DNA of 64,000 nucleotides from Macrostomum lignano (taxonomy: Eukaryota), in the NCBI GenBank assembly GCA_002269645.1, contig NIVC01000716.1, positions 18,374 to 82,373 of the forward strand, read 5' to 3'. The position numbers and the translations under genes are program-made. Shown in pieces: positions 1-25,766 of the stretch. Each line of letters begins with the position of its first letter. The stretch's first letter is position 1. The notes beneath the pieces are model-generated. The model was not told the DNA's origin. It made no database searches and saw only the letters and a list, made by a program, of their open reading frames with translations.

Positions 1-287
1 CCACACCGCAGATCCCACACCGCAGATCCCACACTGCAGATCCCACATCGCTGATCCCACTCTGGGGATCCCAAACCGCAGATCCCACACCGCAGATCCC
101 ACACCGCAGATCCCACACCGCAGATCCCACACCGCAGATCCCACACCGGAGATCCCACATCGCAGATCCCACACTGCAGGTCCCACACTGCAGATCCCAC
201 ACTGCAGATCCTACACCGTAGATCCCACACCGCAGATCCCACACCGCAGATCCCACACCGCAGATCCCAAACCGCAGATCCCACACC
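1..287. repeat. 14-bp intronic minisatellite (CCACACCGCAGATC)n
   Basis: Period 14 visible; begins about 10 nt inside the dynein donor at 296. Confidence 0.95.
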
Positions 288-296
288 CAGACTCAC

Positions 297-8507
<8,211 letters not shown>

Positions 8508-9967
8508 TCCAGTGGGCCAAATTTACTGGAATTGGTCGCTAAATTTTTTCAGATATTGATATTGATTATGTCTTATATGTCACAGTAAACTCTACAAAAT
8601 CCTTTTAAAGAATTTGGAGAAAAGATTTGAAATTAAAAAAGCAGCCAAGCTTGTAGCTACCGGATACAAAAAAGCATAAAATAATTATTAGGTCAATTCA
8701 AATTTTAGTTCGTTGCTTTAAAAATACTTTAACAGCTGCTCAACTAATCTTAATGATAAAACTGTAAAAAAAGGTAGAAACTTTTGTTTAAACTAGCATA
8801 CAAATACTCCGGTAAATCAACTAACCGGATTCAGATATCGATGGCAGCTAAGGCATTGAACTATGCATTTAAGTATATGACTAAGCTACTTCACTATTTC
8901 ACTACTAAGCTACTTCACTAAGCTAGGAATGTTTCACTTGAATGAACTTTTATGACGACTCTTCATGAACTTATGATGTATTTATTAATGTAAATGTTAA
9001 CGTAACAATATCGCTTTTTGCAAGCAAGTTAATTTAATGATGCTCCAAAGCCCAGCGCTAAAAGATTGATTTCTCAGTACTCTATGGTAGAAACCATGGG
9101 CTTTGGAGCAACCTATTTAATAATCCGAGCACTCATGTAGTCATTCCATTTTCAAGGGTGTCGCTTTGCTACAGATATAGACGCGCACACATTCAACATG
9201 GTTCAACATGGTAGAAGAAGAGAACGCTAGCGAGATGAGCTTTTGGAGTAAAATGGGGAGAGATTTTTCATCGCAGATGAAGCGCTACTACAAGCTACAT
9301 GTAGAACAAGACCAACGCAGCACGTTAGGCAATGTGTATAATACATGTACATGTAGGTTTATACATGTAGGTTAGGTTTAGGCTGCTCCGCTTCATTTCG
9401 TGCCGCATCACTGGTGAAGTAATTTTATAAAAAAACTACTGATGCACATGTAGCTATAATCTCAATGATTTTCACTGATCTGCTTTCTTACTTGAGACCT
9501 AGCTGCATTCATGTTTTCCCTAATTTTCTGCCCTATCAGTTTCGATTCAGTTTGCTCGGTTGTGCTCTGTTTTCTTTCTCACTAGTAGACAAAAATTGTA
9601 AAAATTACGAAAAATTGGATGAAAAATTACGTAATAATTATGCAATTATTGTAATTTATTGGAAGGCAATAAATTGCAATTGTGCCAATTTCTGCTCAAT
9701 AAATTGTAATTTTTACAACTCTTAAATTGCACAAAATTGTAATTTTGGTACTTTAGAAAAGCTACATTGCAATGATTTGCATAGGTGCTCGCAACTTGTG
9801 CAGACCAGCTTTAGTGACCAGCCACCCCCCCTGCCTTTGTGCATCTGTTTGGGGCGGGCTGTACTTGCCCCGCCCCCTCCGCTGGCTATTTAGCACGCCG
9901 TTTCAGCGTTGCGCACAGTGTTCTCACTGCTATAATTTTTTTATAGCAAAAAAAAAACTGCTGAATC

Positions 9968-10950
9968 ATGTCTGACTCTGAGGCCCAAATTGATCTGTCA
10001 GTGCCTAGCACTGTAAAGGCATTACGTGAGAAACTTCAGAGCCTAGGACTCTCCGTGCAAGGCAACAAAGGCGAACTTTTACAGCGATTGCGTACGTATC
10101 TAGATGGCATTGCGTCTGACATCGAGAATGACGACGACGAAGATGTTCAACAGGTAGACTCTGATGCGGCAACAACGCGAAGAAAGCCCTGCAGCGCCAC
10201 TGTGGAACAGCAGCAGCAGCTGGCGGCCAGGGTCAACCTCGAGGCAACTGGTGGATCAGCGTCTGGTGCAGCTGGCGGCCTGGACGACGAGCTGGCGGAG
10301 GCGGAGAAGCAGCTACGTCTGCTGAAACTGCGCAAGGAGGCTGCCCAGTTGCAAGCGGAAGTCAACGAGCTTCAGAAGAAGACTGAGCCCCGGAAAAAGC
10401 CCGGTGAGTTGCTGATGAATCTGTGGTCGGACGATGAGGAGGAGGGGCAACGGAGACCGCTAGGAAGGAGACGTGCAAGGTGTACCGGATCCCAGAGTTC
10501 ATTAGCAAGCGGAAACAACAGGACGCTGGTATCGCACAGTCACTGGACAGATCTGGTAGAGTCGTCTTCAAAGTTAAAGAAACTGCTATCGACTCGTTAA
10601 CGATGGGCGACTGGATCTCTGCAAACGCACGCATTATGTTAAAACTGTTAGATGATGGCACCTTGGTTAAGAGCGGGCCAGGAGCAGTGGGTCAACCTGA
10701 CGTGTCGGGCTTGCGTGACTACCTGCGCTACACTATCCACATTGGAGAGTTGTTCGACCTCGGCTTTGACAAGGCTCGCGTGATGAGGTTTGATGATGAA
10801 TGCAGGCTGAGCCACACTGGCGGGTCGTCCTGGGAATCGCGCGGATCCGACCTAGGGCTTGTCGCGACCTACCTGATGGCTCCGATGAAGGTAACTGGTG
10901 CATTTTATTCGGACAGCTGTACAACACTGGACACTCACCGGCTGATATAG
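9968..10950 (+). pseudogene. SAP-domain + coiled-coil ORF frameshifted into a DIRS/Ngaro-like gag ORF (tyrosine-recombinase retrotransposon remnant)
   Basis: ORF 9968-10600 starts with a SAP-like motif (TVKALREKLQSLGLSVQGNKGELLQRLR). The overlapping -1 frame 10438-10950 has LTMGDWISANARIM...YLRYTIHIGEL...VMRFDDECR...SW, resembling Ngaro/DIRS ORF1 as recalled. No RT or YR downstream. Confidence 0.5.
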
Positions 10951-12621
10951 CTACTGGACATACATGTAAGGACAGCACTCCGTCGAGCGGTATCTGAAGA
11001 ACTCTAAGTGGGCTTATTACAAGACGGTACAGATGTCCAAGAGCTTGGTACAATCAATGAGTGAGCGCAGCGCGATTCCAGGTGAGTCAGAGAGAATTGC
11101 GTTAAAGAGGGACGGTTCGTCATCGAGTCTGAGCAAGTCAATCTGGAGGAAGGATCAGGAGAAAAGCATGTGAAGAACGGTGGGCAATTCTATTTTTCAA
11201 ACTGCTCGGTACACTTTCATTAATTGCTTTTGTTGCCCCAGAAAAACTATTAAAGCTAATTAGTTAATTAATATCGGAGAACTTTATTCGTGTGTGTTGA
11301 CTGATTATTGTTTACTGATGGTTGATTGTTAATATGATGTTAACATGATATATAACATATAACATATAAACATATAAACGTCAATGACTTGCTATTTGTT
11401 TTTTTCAAATTTTCAACTTTTGCTATATTTGCTACACCATTTTACCTCCTATTTTTAACAAAGTCTTGTTCAAAAGAAACGAGCAGAACTTCAATTCAAA
11501 CGCTATAAGAAATAACAGCCCTTGCGGAAATTCAATTCAAACAAAGTCCCTTTCTATTGAAGCAGAACTTCAATTCAGACTTTCTGTGGCCAAAATTGTC
11601 CTCGAATGACACGCATGCGCAGATTTGAAATTCAAAAGAAACAAAGTCACATTCTATTTTGACAGAGATTTTTGCACATAGATAAGAGTACATTAGTACA
11701 TTAATCTAATTTTTTGTTTTTCCTGTACTGCATAACTGTACAATCGTTGCGCAAAAAGAAACGATATGAATGCTGAAGATCAGATTGAAGAAGACGATGA
11801 GTTGCTGGAAGATGGAATCGATTAATTTGAAGCAGAATTCGATGAAGATATCATGGAACAGCAGCCTCGGCAGTGCGCTATTGTTTAAGCAACAGTGACA
11901 GAGACCGCGTATCATCAGGGCTGCTGATCGTGGGGATGACTTGTGGAACTGGCGCGCCAACTTGGAGTCAAGAGGTCAACAGCGAATACAATTGTGAGGT
12001 CAGGGAGAGCGGAAAAGCAGCCTACGAGATTGCAGACATCATTCAGGTCAAGCGACTTCCACCATACAGTCCATTTTTGAGTCCTGTGGAGAACTCGATC
12101 TGTTGGAAGGACACTCTGAAGAGAAAACTGGCAGCAGACCAGCAAAATTTCATCGCTCCGATAGCTGAGCAGCACGGAAATCAGTCAATGGCGGCCTATC
12201 GGCGAGACATTCGACAACATGGTGGACAGAACCATTGGCTGCATCTCTGTGGACAAATGCATTGAGTGGTTCAACCATGTGTTTACATGCGTCCCTCGCT
12301 GCGTTGGTGGACAGGCAATTGATGGTCAGGTGTCTCAAGTTGGCCAACTGACACTGTCTTGTTCCTGTTTTTCATTTTACTCTTATGTTCGTCGATATGC
12401 TGTGTTTTATCCCTTTGTCGAAATAGAATGCGACTTTGTTTCTTTTGAATTTCAAATCTGCGCATGCGCGTCACTCGGGGACAATTTTGGCCACAGACAG
12501 TCTGAATTGAAGTTTTTCTGCTTCAATAGAAAGGGACTTTGTTTGATTTGAATTTCTGCAAGGGCTGTTATTTCTTAAAGTGTTTGAATTGAAGTTCTGC
12601 TTGTTTCTTTTGAAAAAGACT

Positions 12622-13530
12622 TTGTGTCTAGTTTCGTTTGGGCCACAAACGATTGCGTCGACGGAAATTGTGAACTAAGTAAATTTTTGCGCGCCTTTCA
12701 GGCATCGAAACAGGAATACAACAGATTGCTTATCTGCGAATAGTCTATGGTCAAGCCGCCCCCCATCTTTGGATATTCCCAACGGGTTATATTTGGATAT
12801 ACCCATTTGCAGAAAAGCAATATGTATATTCCTGTATCAATGCGTTTGTGAGGATATTTTTTATTCAATACAACAAAGCTGAATAAACAGATTGTATACA
12901 TGTACGAAAACGGCCGTAACGTGGGCATAATGAAACGTGGACCAATTGTTCCGCAATAATCGATGAGTAGAGCTAGAATAGACAATAATTACACTCACAT
13001 CGGCCGAATTGCATGGTTTGTTCCGAATGGGATCCTCGGGGCAAGCCTCTTCTTCGCTTGGCAGTGGTGGCAGAGCATCATCGTTACCGCATTCAATGAA
13101 TCGGATGAACTCCATCAACTCTTCGTCATCCGCCTCGTCACGTCCACCCACACTCAAGTCGCTGAGAAAGTTGACCTCATTTCCATTCAAGCCGTCAATG
13201 CTTTCAATCGGCAAATTCGACCAATTTATCATTCGTATGAGTGGCATGAATATAGGTTAGGGCAAACAGAAGAAACAGGAACATGTATCCTCTGCTGCAG
13301 AGTTCCCAGCTTATAAGACCACAACTTCATTTAACATGTTTCGTCTATGGTAATTTCAGACTGTTCCGCTTAACTTTTCGTTCCAGACGATTAGTCTATG
13401 GCCATCATTTGGCTTGCGCCAAGTGGAAAATGCCTATGACACAGATCCCTAGAATCGCTCAGTGAACAATTCCCGTCTGAGAAGTTGTGTCCTAGCCGTT
13501 TTGAATTGGTTTTTGGACGAAACTAGACAC
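12622..13530. mobile_element. About 0.9-kb insertion with 14-bp TIRs (GTGTCTAGTTTCGT...ACGAAACTAGACAC), unclassified
   Basis: Inverted termini seen directly; sits inside the right TIR of the Tc1-like element; carries an acidic minus-strand ORF fragment (13247-12861) and three GTCTATGG motifs. Confidence 0.5.
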
Positions 13531-13537
13531 AATTCCA

Positions 13538-13636
13538 CTATCGAGAGTTCACGCTTCACACACAACTGCCTTACCGCGTCTCGGCCTACCGGCCTCGACG
13601 CCATGGCAGTTGTGTGTGAATCGTGACCTCTTGATA
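13538..13636. repeat. About 100-bp hairpin (about 33-bp stem), mini-MITE-like
   Basis: TATCGAGAGTTCACGCTTCACACACAACTGCC pairs with GGCAGTTGTGTGTGAATCGTGACCTCTTGATA. Confidence 0.7.
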
Positions 13637-14242
13637 ATCATACATTGTTCAAAATAGGAGGTAAAATGGTGTATATTACTTCTTTGTAATCGTACGTAAA
13701 GACTTTTCCGTGCAATGATGCTATTGCTGCACGGCATTGATGCACGGGCCATAGACAAACAATGTCCCTTGTTCCACATCGCACGACAAAATTGCTATAC
13801 TACAGCTGATGATCTAACCGAGACCATTAGGCCAAAGTCAATTTTAACTTCACAGATTTGAGCGCCATTTCAGCGCAGAGGGCAAGGAAGCTATAAGTTT
13901 ACTGTAGTACCGGAGGGCACAGAAGCTGGGGCGCGATATATTTTCCCCAGTCAGTATAGTATCACACGTGATAATGATTCGTTCTATGGAAAAGAAAGTC
14001 CGAGGATGCGTTTTTATCAGGCCGAGGCGAAGCCGAAAATAGCGTCCGAGGGCTTTTAACCAAAGATCAGAACGATCTTTTTATCGCGTGTGATAAAATT
14101 TAACCCCCAGTAAACTGATACATTTTTCATTGGGGGTTTTTAACCACAGACAAAATGTCAGCGATAAGAGACCTATCCAACTAATTGGTATAAGCAGCAG
14201 ATAGTCTTAGACCAGATTGGAGTAGTTACTAGCAGAGTAAAC

Positions 14243-14737
14243 ATGGAAATTTTTGAAGATATCTCAAATTTTGGCTGTCTTGACGATTTTTTCAACGAAA
14301 ATACATCGTCTAGCGTCGTATATTCACAGTCTAACACCATTTCTGCGTCCACATCAAGTGCATCAAGTGGTCGCTTTGCCAATTTGTCTTCTGATGATAT
14401 TGAGTAGAAGATTCAATCCGCCATTCCTGATGGCACTAGGCGCAAGGAACAATGGGCTCTAGCTGTGTTCAACGAATGGAGAACTGTTCGTCGGGACAGC
14501 ATAGGTGAGATTGTCGACCTGTTGGTGATTCGTGAATTGGAGGAATGGTCACCCGGTGATTGGGATTTTTCGATGAAAAGGTTCTTCCTTGAAGTGCGTA
14601 AGAAGGATGGATGTAAGCACAATGCGAGCACTCTGAAGGATATTTTCGCTATGCTTCAGCACCATGTCACTTTTGTTCTTAAAAAGAGTACTCGTTCTGG
14701 AAGGACCGCCGCTGCGAGGATGTCGCTCATGCTTTAA
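14243..14737 (+). pseudogene. Crypton-like (CryptonA / KCTD1-ZMYM DUF3504-type) tyrosine recombinase N-terminal remnant
   Basis: One frame from ATG 14243 with an in-frame TAG at 14405: GRFANLSSDDIE*KIQSAIPDGTRRKEQWALAVFNEW...FFLEVRKKDGCKHNASTLKDIFAMLQHH. This fits the Crypton T..W...F..W / F..EVRKxDG..Y..SL pattern as recalled. Catalytic region missing. Confidence 0.7.
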
Positions 14738-15289
14738 ATTTATCACTTTTCGTCATTGTTATTCTTTAAAAGTTACTTTAAAATGATAGAGATTGTTATT
14801 CATGATGGTTTCGTTTCAAATATACATTTCGTTTCTCAGTCCCGAAAGCCGGTCCTGAGAAATCGTTTCTCAGGCCTGGTTTATAGGCCTGAGAACAAAG
14901 TTCACTTGAATCTTGACCATAGACTAGGACTTCCACGTGAAAAGAAGAGCCTGATTAAAGGTCCGACGAACCCAAAACTGGGGGTTAAATCAGGTTTCAT
15001 GGCCTTTGTCCTTATAGACTCTGCCCCTATTGGCAATAAAATGTAATGAAAAATGATCGAATCGCATGATTTCAGCTAAATCTAAAATGCTTACATTTTG
15101 GCTTTGGTTAAATATTTTCACAATTATTTCCGCTGTATCAAATTTGTAGCTTTAAAATTCTGCACTGCTTGCTGATAAATGGCTGAAGCTGAAATTGACA
15201 TTGAAAAGTAGCTTCTTTGCTTCCGAACATTGAAAATAATTAATCGGTACATGTAAATTTAGCCCGGGGTTGAGATCCTCTTGATCAGC

Positions 15290-15703
15290 ATGGCAGTCCT
15301 TCAGCGACCCGTCTTGACTTTGTTCCTGGCGGCCACCGGCCTCGCGATTATGTTCTGCCAGCTGCCTCAGGTCGTGGCTTTTTGGAAGACCCGCTACTGC
15401 TACAACACGGAGAACAGCCGACTTGAGGACGGCTCTCTGCTATACAAGCTGGTGAACTGCAGCAGAGAATACCGGAATTGCTTCTCATTGAAGCTCTTGA
15501 GCGAGGGAGTGCCAGCAGCCCAAAAACAGGGCCTGACGCAGGTACGTGCCGGTGACGTCATCAGGGGCTGCGCCACGGCCTTTGCTGGCGACGACCTGGC
15601 CGAGCTACACAGGCACGGCTTGGACCCGAGCAGCTTCCGCCTCTGCGATTCGGACCTGTGCAACTCCCGAGGTGCTGATGTCTGGGTGGTTGAGCGACCA
15701 TGA
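15290..15703 (+). CDS. Intronless secreted Ly6/uPAR (three-finger, QVR-like) small protein, 137 aa
   Basis: Hydrophobic signal peptide (VLTLFLAATGLAIMFCQLPQVVA), then YCY...C...C...VIRGCA...LCDSDLCN with the LU-type C-terminal CxxxxCN motif; high GC3; AT-rich 3' flank. Confidence 0.7.
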   Translation: MAVLQRPVLTLFLAATGLAIMFCQLPQVVAFWKTRYCYNTENSRLEDGSLLYKLVNCSREYRNCFSLKLLSEGVPAAQKQGLTQVRAGDVIRGCATAFAGDDLAELHRHGLDPSSFRLCDSDLCNSRGADVWVVERP

Positions 15704-18700
15704 CTCTGGAATGAGCATCTGCAGCTCTTCAGCTTTATACTGTTACAAATTAAAACAAAACATAAAATTGAACAAAAATTAAAATACGTAAAAGTATACA
15801 TGCATCCTTCACCTCCGATCAACTGTCTACAAGAGTTATAAATAGTTTCTGAAAATATGTCAGATAATTTTAATCTGATTTTGGTTAGCGTTCACTATAT
15901 TTTGTTTCGGCGTTGGTACAAGACAATTGGCAGTTGTCCTGGCCAAGTGTTTTGAGTCGTAAATAATTGAGTTGAATTTCAGATTCGAACAACATATAGA
16001 GTTGTTTAAAATTAAGAAAACAATTAGCTAACACGCAACTCAAGAAACAGGAGTGCTTCTGACAAGATTTATCAGAAAATCATTAACACTTCAACTAAAC
16101 ACCAATGCTAGTTTACGAGTACAGTGTAATAACTTTGGAAGGCAAAGGCTGGCTTGTAGCGCAAAAAAGTTTGCTCTGCTGAACTGAAAATTGCAGACAG
16201 ATACCGGTAAAGAAGTGCCTTTCCCAAGCAGAGTGGGAGGCACATTTATGGCCGTATATTTTGGGGTGGGTACACCCCGAGCTTCATAGAGGGAAGGCAG
16301 TGGAACGCACATAGACAGTGGAGAGACACAGACAATGGGGTGAGTCACACGCAGGCAGCCAGACAGACAGAGAGAGATGAGGAGCCAAACAGACACGCAG
16401 TGATTCAGACAAGGAGGGAAGGGTGCATACGGAAAACAGGAAGAGTTCATAATGTCTGTTAATGTCCGTGGCACAAACGCCACAACGAGTAGCACTCATC
16501 TTGCTACTAAGTTCCTCAATGCTTCTGATTGCGAGCCATCAGAGTCATTTTTAAATATCAATTTCTTAGTCACCAAGTCAGTTAAGCTAAATTTTCCACA
16601 ATGTTGTTGCGTGACCAATTTAATTCAAAGTTTATCTGATCAGTCTGGAGCAGCTAGGCGTGAGGCCGATCACCTAAAATTGACGGCTGAAAATTTTGGA
16701 AAAAATTGGTTAGGGTTCTCTGATCGGATGAGAGCCGATCCATGCATGACAACCACATATATGGAAAGTTCAAAGTTCACGTTCGACCTGCAAACGCGGC
16801 CGGAGTTACCCTGAAAAAGTTGTTGCAATGTAACATGCATGTGAGAGCAGCCCGGTGCAGCGATAAAGTAGTGCTGCGATGGAACTCACTTTTTGCTCGA
16901 GCGAGTCCTTCAGCGTCTATGATCTCGGCGTTGTCAATCAGGACAGCATCCGCGACCACCGCCTAGCTGGAACATGCAACGTTCTGGCGGTCAGGTTAGA
17001 GCCTCTCGGATTGCAGGACCGCACTATAGCAGAACGAAAGACAGGGCCCTATTATAGTAGTCAAAGCCGCATATCCTAGCTAGCGGACGTCGGGAACCCC
17101 TATAATTATATTACGACGAGTGTGGGGCTGGTAAATATACGCGCAGAAGACCGGCCGTCGTACTCTGTGTACATGTACATGTACGGGAAGACATCGAGAC
17201 GGCATTTTTATGCCTAGTAGGCATTGTCGCGGACGGACAGAAGACACAGAACTCGATCCCAGTATCTTATACATGTAGCAGCTTGTCATAGCAATCAAGC
17301 CTAGTTAGTTCGCCCTCAACAATTTACATGTAGTTACAGCAGGGCCAGATCTTCGGCTTACGCGTCAAAGATCCGCCTCTCCGGTTGGCATCGACCCGCG
17401 CGTCGTCGACCGATCGGGTCGTTATAGGCGCAGAGCAGTCCACACAGCCTAAAATAAAAAGCACTGAGTAGCTGAACAAGCAGAAACGGCGCTATAAGAG
17501 TACCTCCCGGGAGCATCCCAGAGGATATTTTGAAGTCCGATATTTTTTCCGGTGTTGACACAGCAGCTTTCGTGACACAGTACTGTTGAGTAGAGATTGA
17601 GACCATGCCAGTTTGTATACATGTGTACTTTTTAGAACTTAACGATCAGCAAGGTCTCCAGTATACTTGTACTTATGTACAGTATGTTTGAGGGGCTGTA
17701 CCGTCACGAAATACAGTATAGACATAACAGAACTTACAGATCGTACTTCCGTTATATAAATCATTCCTCTGGGATTGATAAATTAAAATGAATGTACATT
17801 TACAGAACCATACAATGGATATTGTGGTATATTCAAACTGAAAAACTTCTATGGGAAAAGTTTTCAATATAATTTCTGACGGACGTGGCCATGAGGATTT
17901 CACTAGAAATCAGCAATGCGTGGATGCAGCGATGAAGAAGATGGCGCAAGCAATTTAGTATTACAAGAGTCTACGGTGAGCGCAGCATCAGCCAGCAGGA
18001 GAAAGAAGAAACTGTGGAGCTGATCAGCAAAGAGATTTGCAGCAAGTGTACAGACAGGATGCAATATCGAAAAGGCTGATCGCCGTACATTGTCATCTCC
18101 TTTACCAAGAAACAATTGTGTCCAAATTCCGTATGGATGGCACCAAAAATGTATTATGCTTCAAAACAAGTTAGTATTTAACCCAGCAAACATTCAAGAG
18201 AATTTCATGTGCAATTTTTTTAATAAATGGCTTAAAGTTATCATGAATATTCCAAAATGGAAAGGCATCTTGAGTTTTTAATTTTAAGATAGTTTTGTTA
18301 TATACCTTAAATAACGTTACGGCTTTTTGACGGCAACAAGAAAGCGTCAAAAAGAAAATCAGATAAAATAATTTTAAAGAAATACGTTCCAGACATTAGA
18401 ACTTTGTCGCTTTTGGATCTGCCATGCAATGGGTATCAAAATAATTCACTCACGTATATGAAAACAATTAAAAAGGCTGTATCAGCTACGAAAATGTGGT
18501 AAATTCCTCACTAGCTAATTACATTTTAGTAGTTTTGGCTCAGACTTAGACAGACAGAGCTAGGTGAAGATCTAGGGCATTCACATAAATCTTCAAACGA
18601 AATCAGACTGCCTCCCAGAACATGTTAAAAACATTGTTTTAGGACCATTCTATCATTTATTTAAATATCTAATAAATGTAGGCCTACTGCCTACACCAAA

Positions 18701-19886
18701 AAGTGTCATTTGATCATTCAAAATAGGCCTATTTTTTGCAAATAAGACACTCTTCAACTCTATAAATTAAATTAAAGAGCATTATTGCCAAATCAGGCTA
18801 ACAATATATTTGTAAATAAATAATTAAATCATATATATAAATATATATAGCAATAGCATATACTGCATATTCTCATATTCATTAAACATAATTTAAGATA
18901 GTTTTCTAAGTTATAGGCAAAACTAATAAGCAAAACTTGGACTATAGATTTTATTGTATGTTTGAAGTTATAGGCTTATATAATATAGACTCTATCGTCT
19001 ATGTTTAAAATAGTTAAAAGACTCTAGTCTATGTTTTTCTAAAGTAGGCCTAAATGTTTGAAAATATAAGATTATAGTATGACAATATTGATTTAATTAA
19101 GCTTTTATATAGTGTTCTTGTGTTTTTAATAATATATAAACATAATTATTAGTTATATTTAATTTCATAATAGATACATGCTATTTTTGCAATTTTTTTC
19201 TTTTTGTTTTACTGTATAATCATACATGCCCAACCTTAAAATTTTACTAGGTACAACTTAGTTTTTCCCAATTGCAACTTAGTTCCTCTCAATTGCACTT
19301 TTCACTTTGTATATGACTTTTCTTGCCTTTTACTCTTTTCTTTTCTTTCTCTTTCTCTTTCCTCTTTCTCCTCTCTTTCTCTCTCCTTTCTTTTTTCTTT
19401 TCCTCTCCTTTCTTCTCCCAATTTTTGTTTTTTGCATTTTTTTATAACTAGGCCTAACCTTGGACAGTGGCCATTTCACTTGTCTAGTTTGGATGGGTTG
19501 GATAGGTGTTAGGCATGTATGTATATGATTCTAAGATATAGTATAATATTTAAAATGCAGGTGGAATTCAATTTTGTAACCTTCTTCTCATGTTGCCCTC
19601 CTGATTGGTTGAGCTAGGCCTATATATCCATTTCTATTCACTAAGATCATTAAATTGTTACCAGATTATTTACCAATAAAACATAAAAATATTTATAATA
19701 AAAATTAGCTGTTTACACTCAAACTAATAATCTGCTACAATATCAATAGGTTAGTTATTTCAATTAGAAATAGAATGAATAATTAGTTTTTAGATTTATT
19801 TAAAAAATTGATCATTTTTTAAACATTTATTTGTTTCTTGAATTCATTTTTAGTAAAATTTCTTAATACCAAACAAACAAAACAAG

Positions 19887-19921
<35 letters not shown>

Positions 19922-20344
19922 GCTATAGTTGTTATAAATAATAAAAAAGTTTTGCATGAATTTTAGGTTTGTTATAGCTAAAGAGTTATAGCCTAATGGT
20001 TAATGTTATGACTAAATAAATGTTAGTTATAAAGTGGCCAATATCACTAGCTTTAGATATAGAAAATATACATTCCTGTAACAATATTTGTATCTATATG
20101 TTCTGTCTAAAAACCTCCATATTCATAACTTCCCATAGCCATATCCATAGCTATGACCAACTCTAGGACCTAATTACCCTAAAATCAAGTTTCAGTTGTG
20201 GGTGTCAGCAGGAGAAAGATTTCATCTGATTTTTTCAATTTTCATATTCATATTCATATTTAGAAATATTGATGGTTCATTCCATCTCTAGCATTAATAT
20301 CCTGTTTTACCTGCTCATTGGTTAGTAACAATAATTTTTTATTA

Positions 20345-21015
20345 GTGAAGCAATGTGCCAATCTTAGGCATAAGCAGCCATATGCTAATCATAGGCATAA
20401 GCAGCCATATGCTAATCATAGGCATAAGCAACCATATGCTAATCATAGGCATAAGCAGCCATATGCTAATCATAGGCATAAGCAACCATATGCCAATCTT
20501 AGGCATAAGCAGCCATATGATAATCATAGGCATAAGCAACCATATGCTAATCATAGGCATAAGCAACCATATGCTAATCATAGGCATAAGCAACCATATG
20601 CTAATCATAGGCATAAGCAACCATATGCTAATCATAGGCATAAGCAGCCATATGCTAATCATAGGCATAAGCAACCATATGCTAATCATAGGCATAAGCA
20701 ACCATATGCTAATCATAGGCATAAGCAACCATATGCTAATCATAGGCATAAGCAACCATATGCTAATCATAGGCATAAGCAACCATATGCTAATCATAGG
20801 CATAAGCAGCCATATGCTAATCATAGGCATAAGCAACCATATGCTAATCATAGGCATAAGCAGCCATATGCTAATCATAGGCATAAGCAACCATATGCTA
20901 ATCATAGGCATAAGCAACCATATGCTAATCATAGGCATAAGCAGCCATATGCTAATCATAGGCATAAGCAACCATATGCTAATCATAGGCATAAGCAGCC
21001 AAATGCTAATCATAG
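20345..21015. repeat. 27-bp minisatellite (CATAGGCATAAGCAACCATATGCTAAT)n upstream of ATP synthase beta
   Basis: About 25 copies between a donor-like GTTAGT (20321) and the acceptor CTGCAG 3 nt before the ATG; likely a 5'UTR intron or outron. Confidence 0.95.
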
Positions 21016-21035
21016 CAAGCTGAAAACTGCAGACC

Positions 21036-25766
<4,731 letters not shown>

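Larger units (their letters stand above)
11435..13671 (+). mobile_element. Defective Tc1/IS630-like DNA transposon with long (~225 bp) TIRs, TA TSD, right TIR split by an insertion
   Basis: TA|CACCATTTTACCTCCTATTTTTAACAAAGTC at 11433; inverse TTGTTCAAAATAGGAGGTAAAATGGTG|TA ending 13671. Inner TIR parts 11458-11660 and 12419-12623 are near-perfect inverted copies. Internal remnant LPPYSPFLSPVE (DDE_3-like LPxYSPxLNPIE motif) at about 12055-12095. Confidence 0.8.

Noticed and set aside
8653-8667. X-box-like GTAGCTACCGGATAC about 145 nt upstream of the dynein ATG
   Set aside because: Plausible position for a ciliary gene, but both half-sites are mismatched; too weak to call.
17900-18180. Coding-looking fragment (ITRVYGERSISQQEKEETVELISKEICSKC...)
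   Set aside because: Interrupted by stops and no recognisable family; cannot be assigned without a search.
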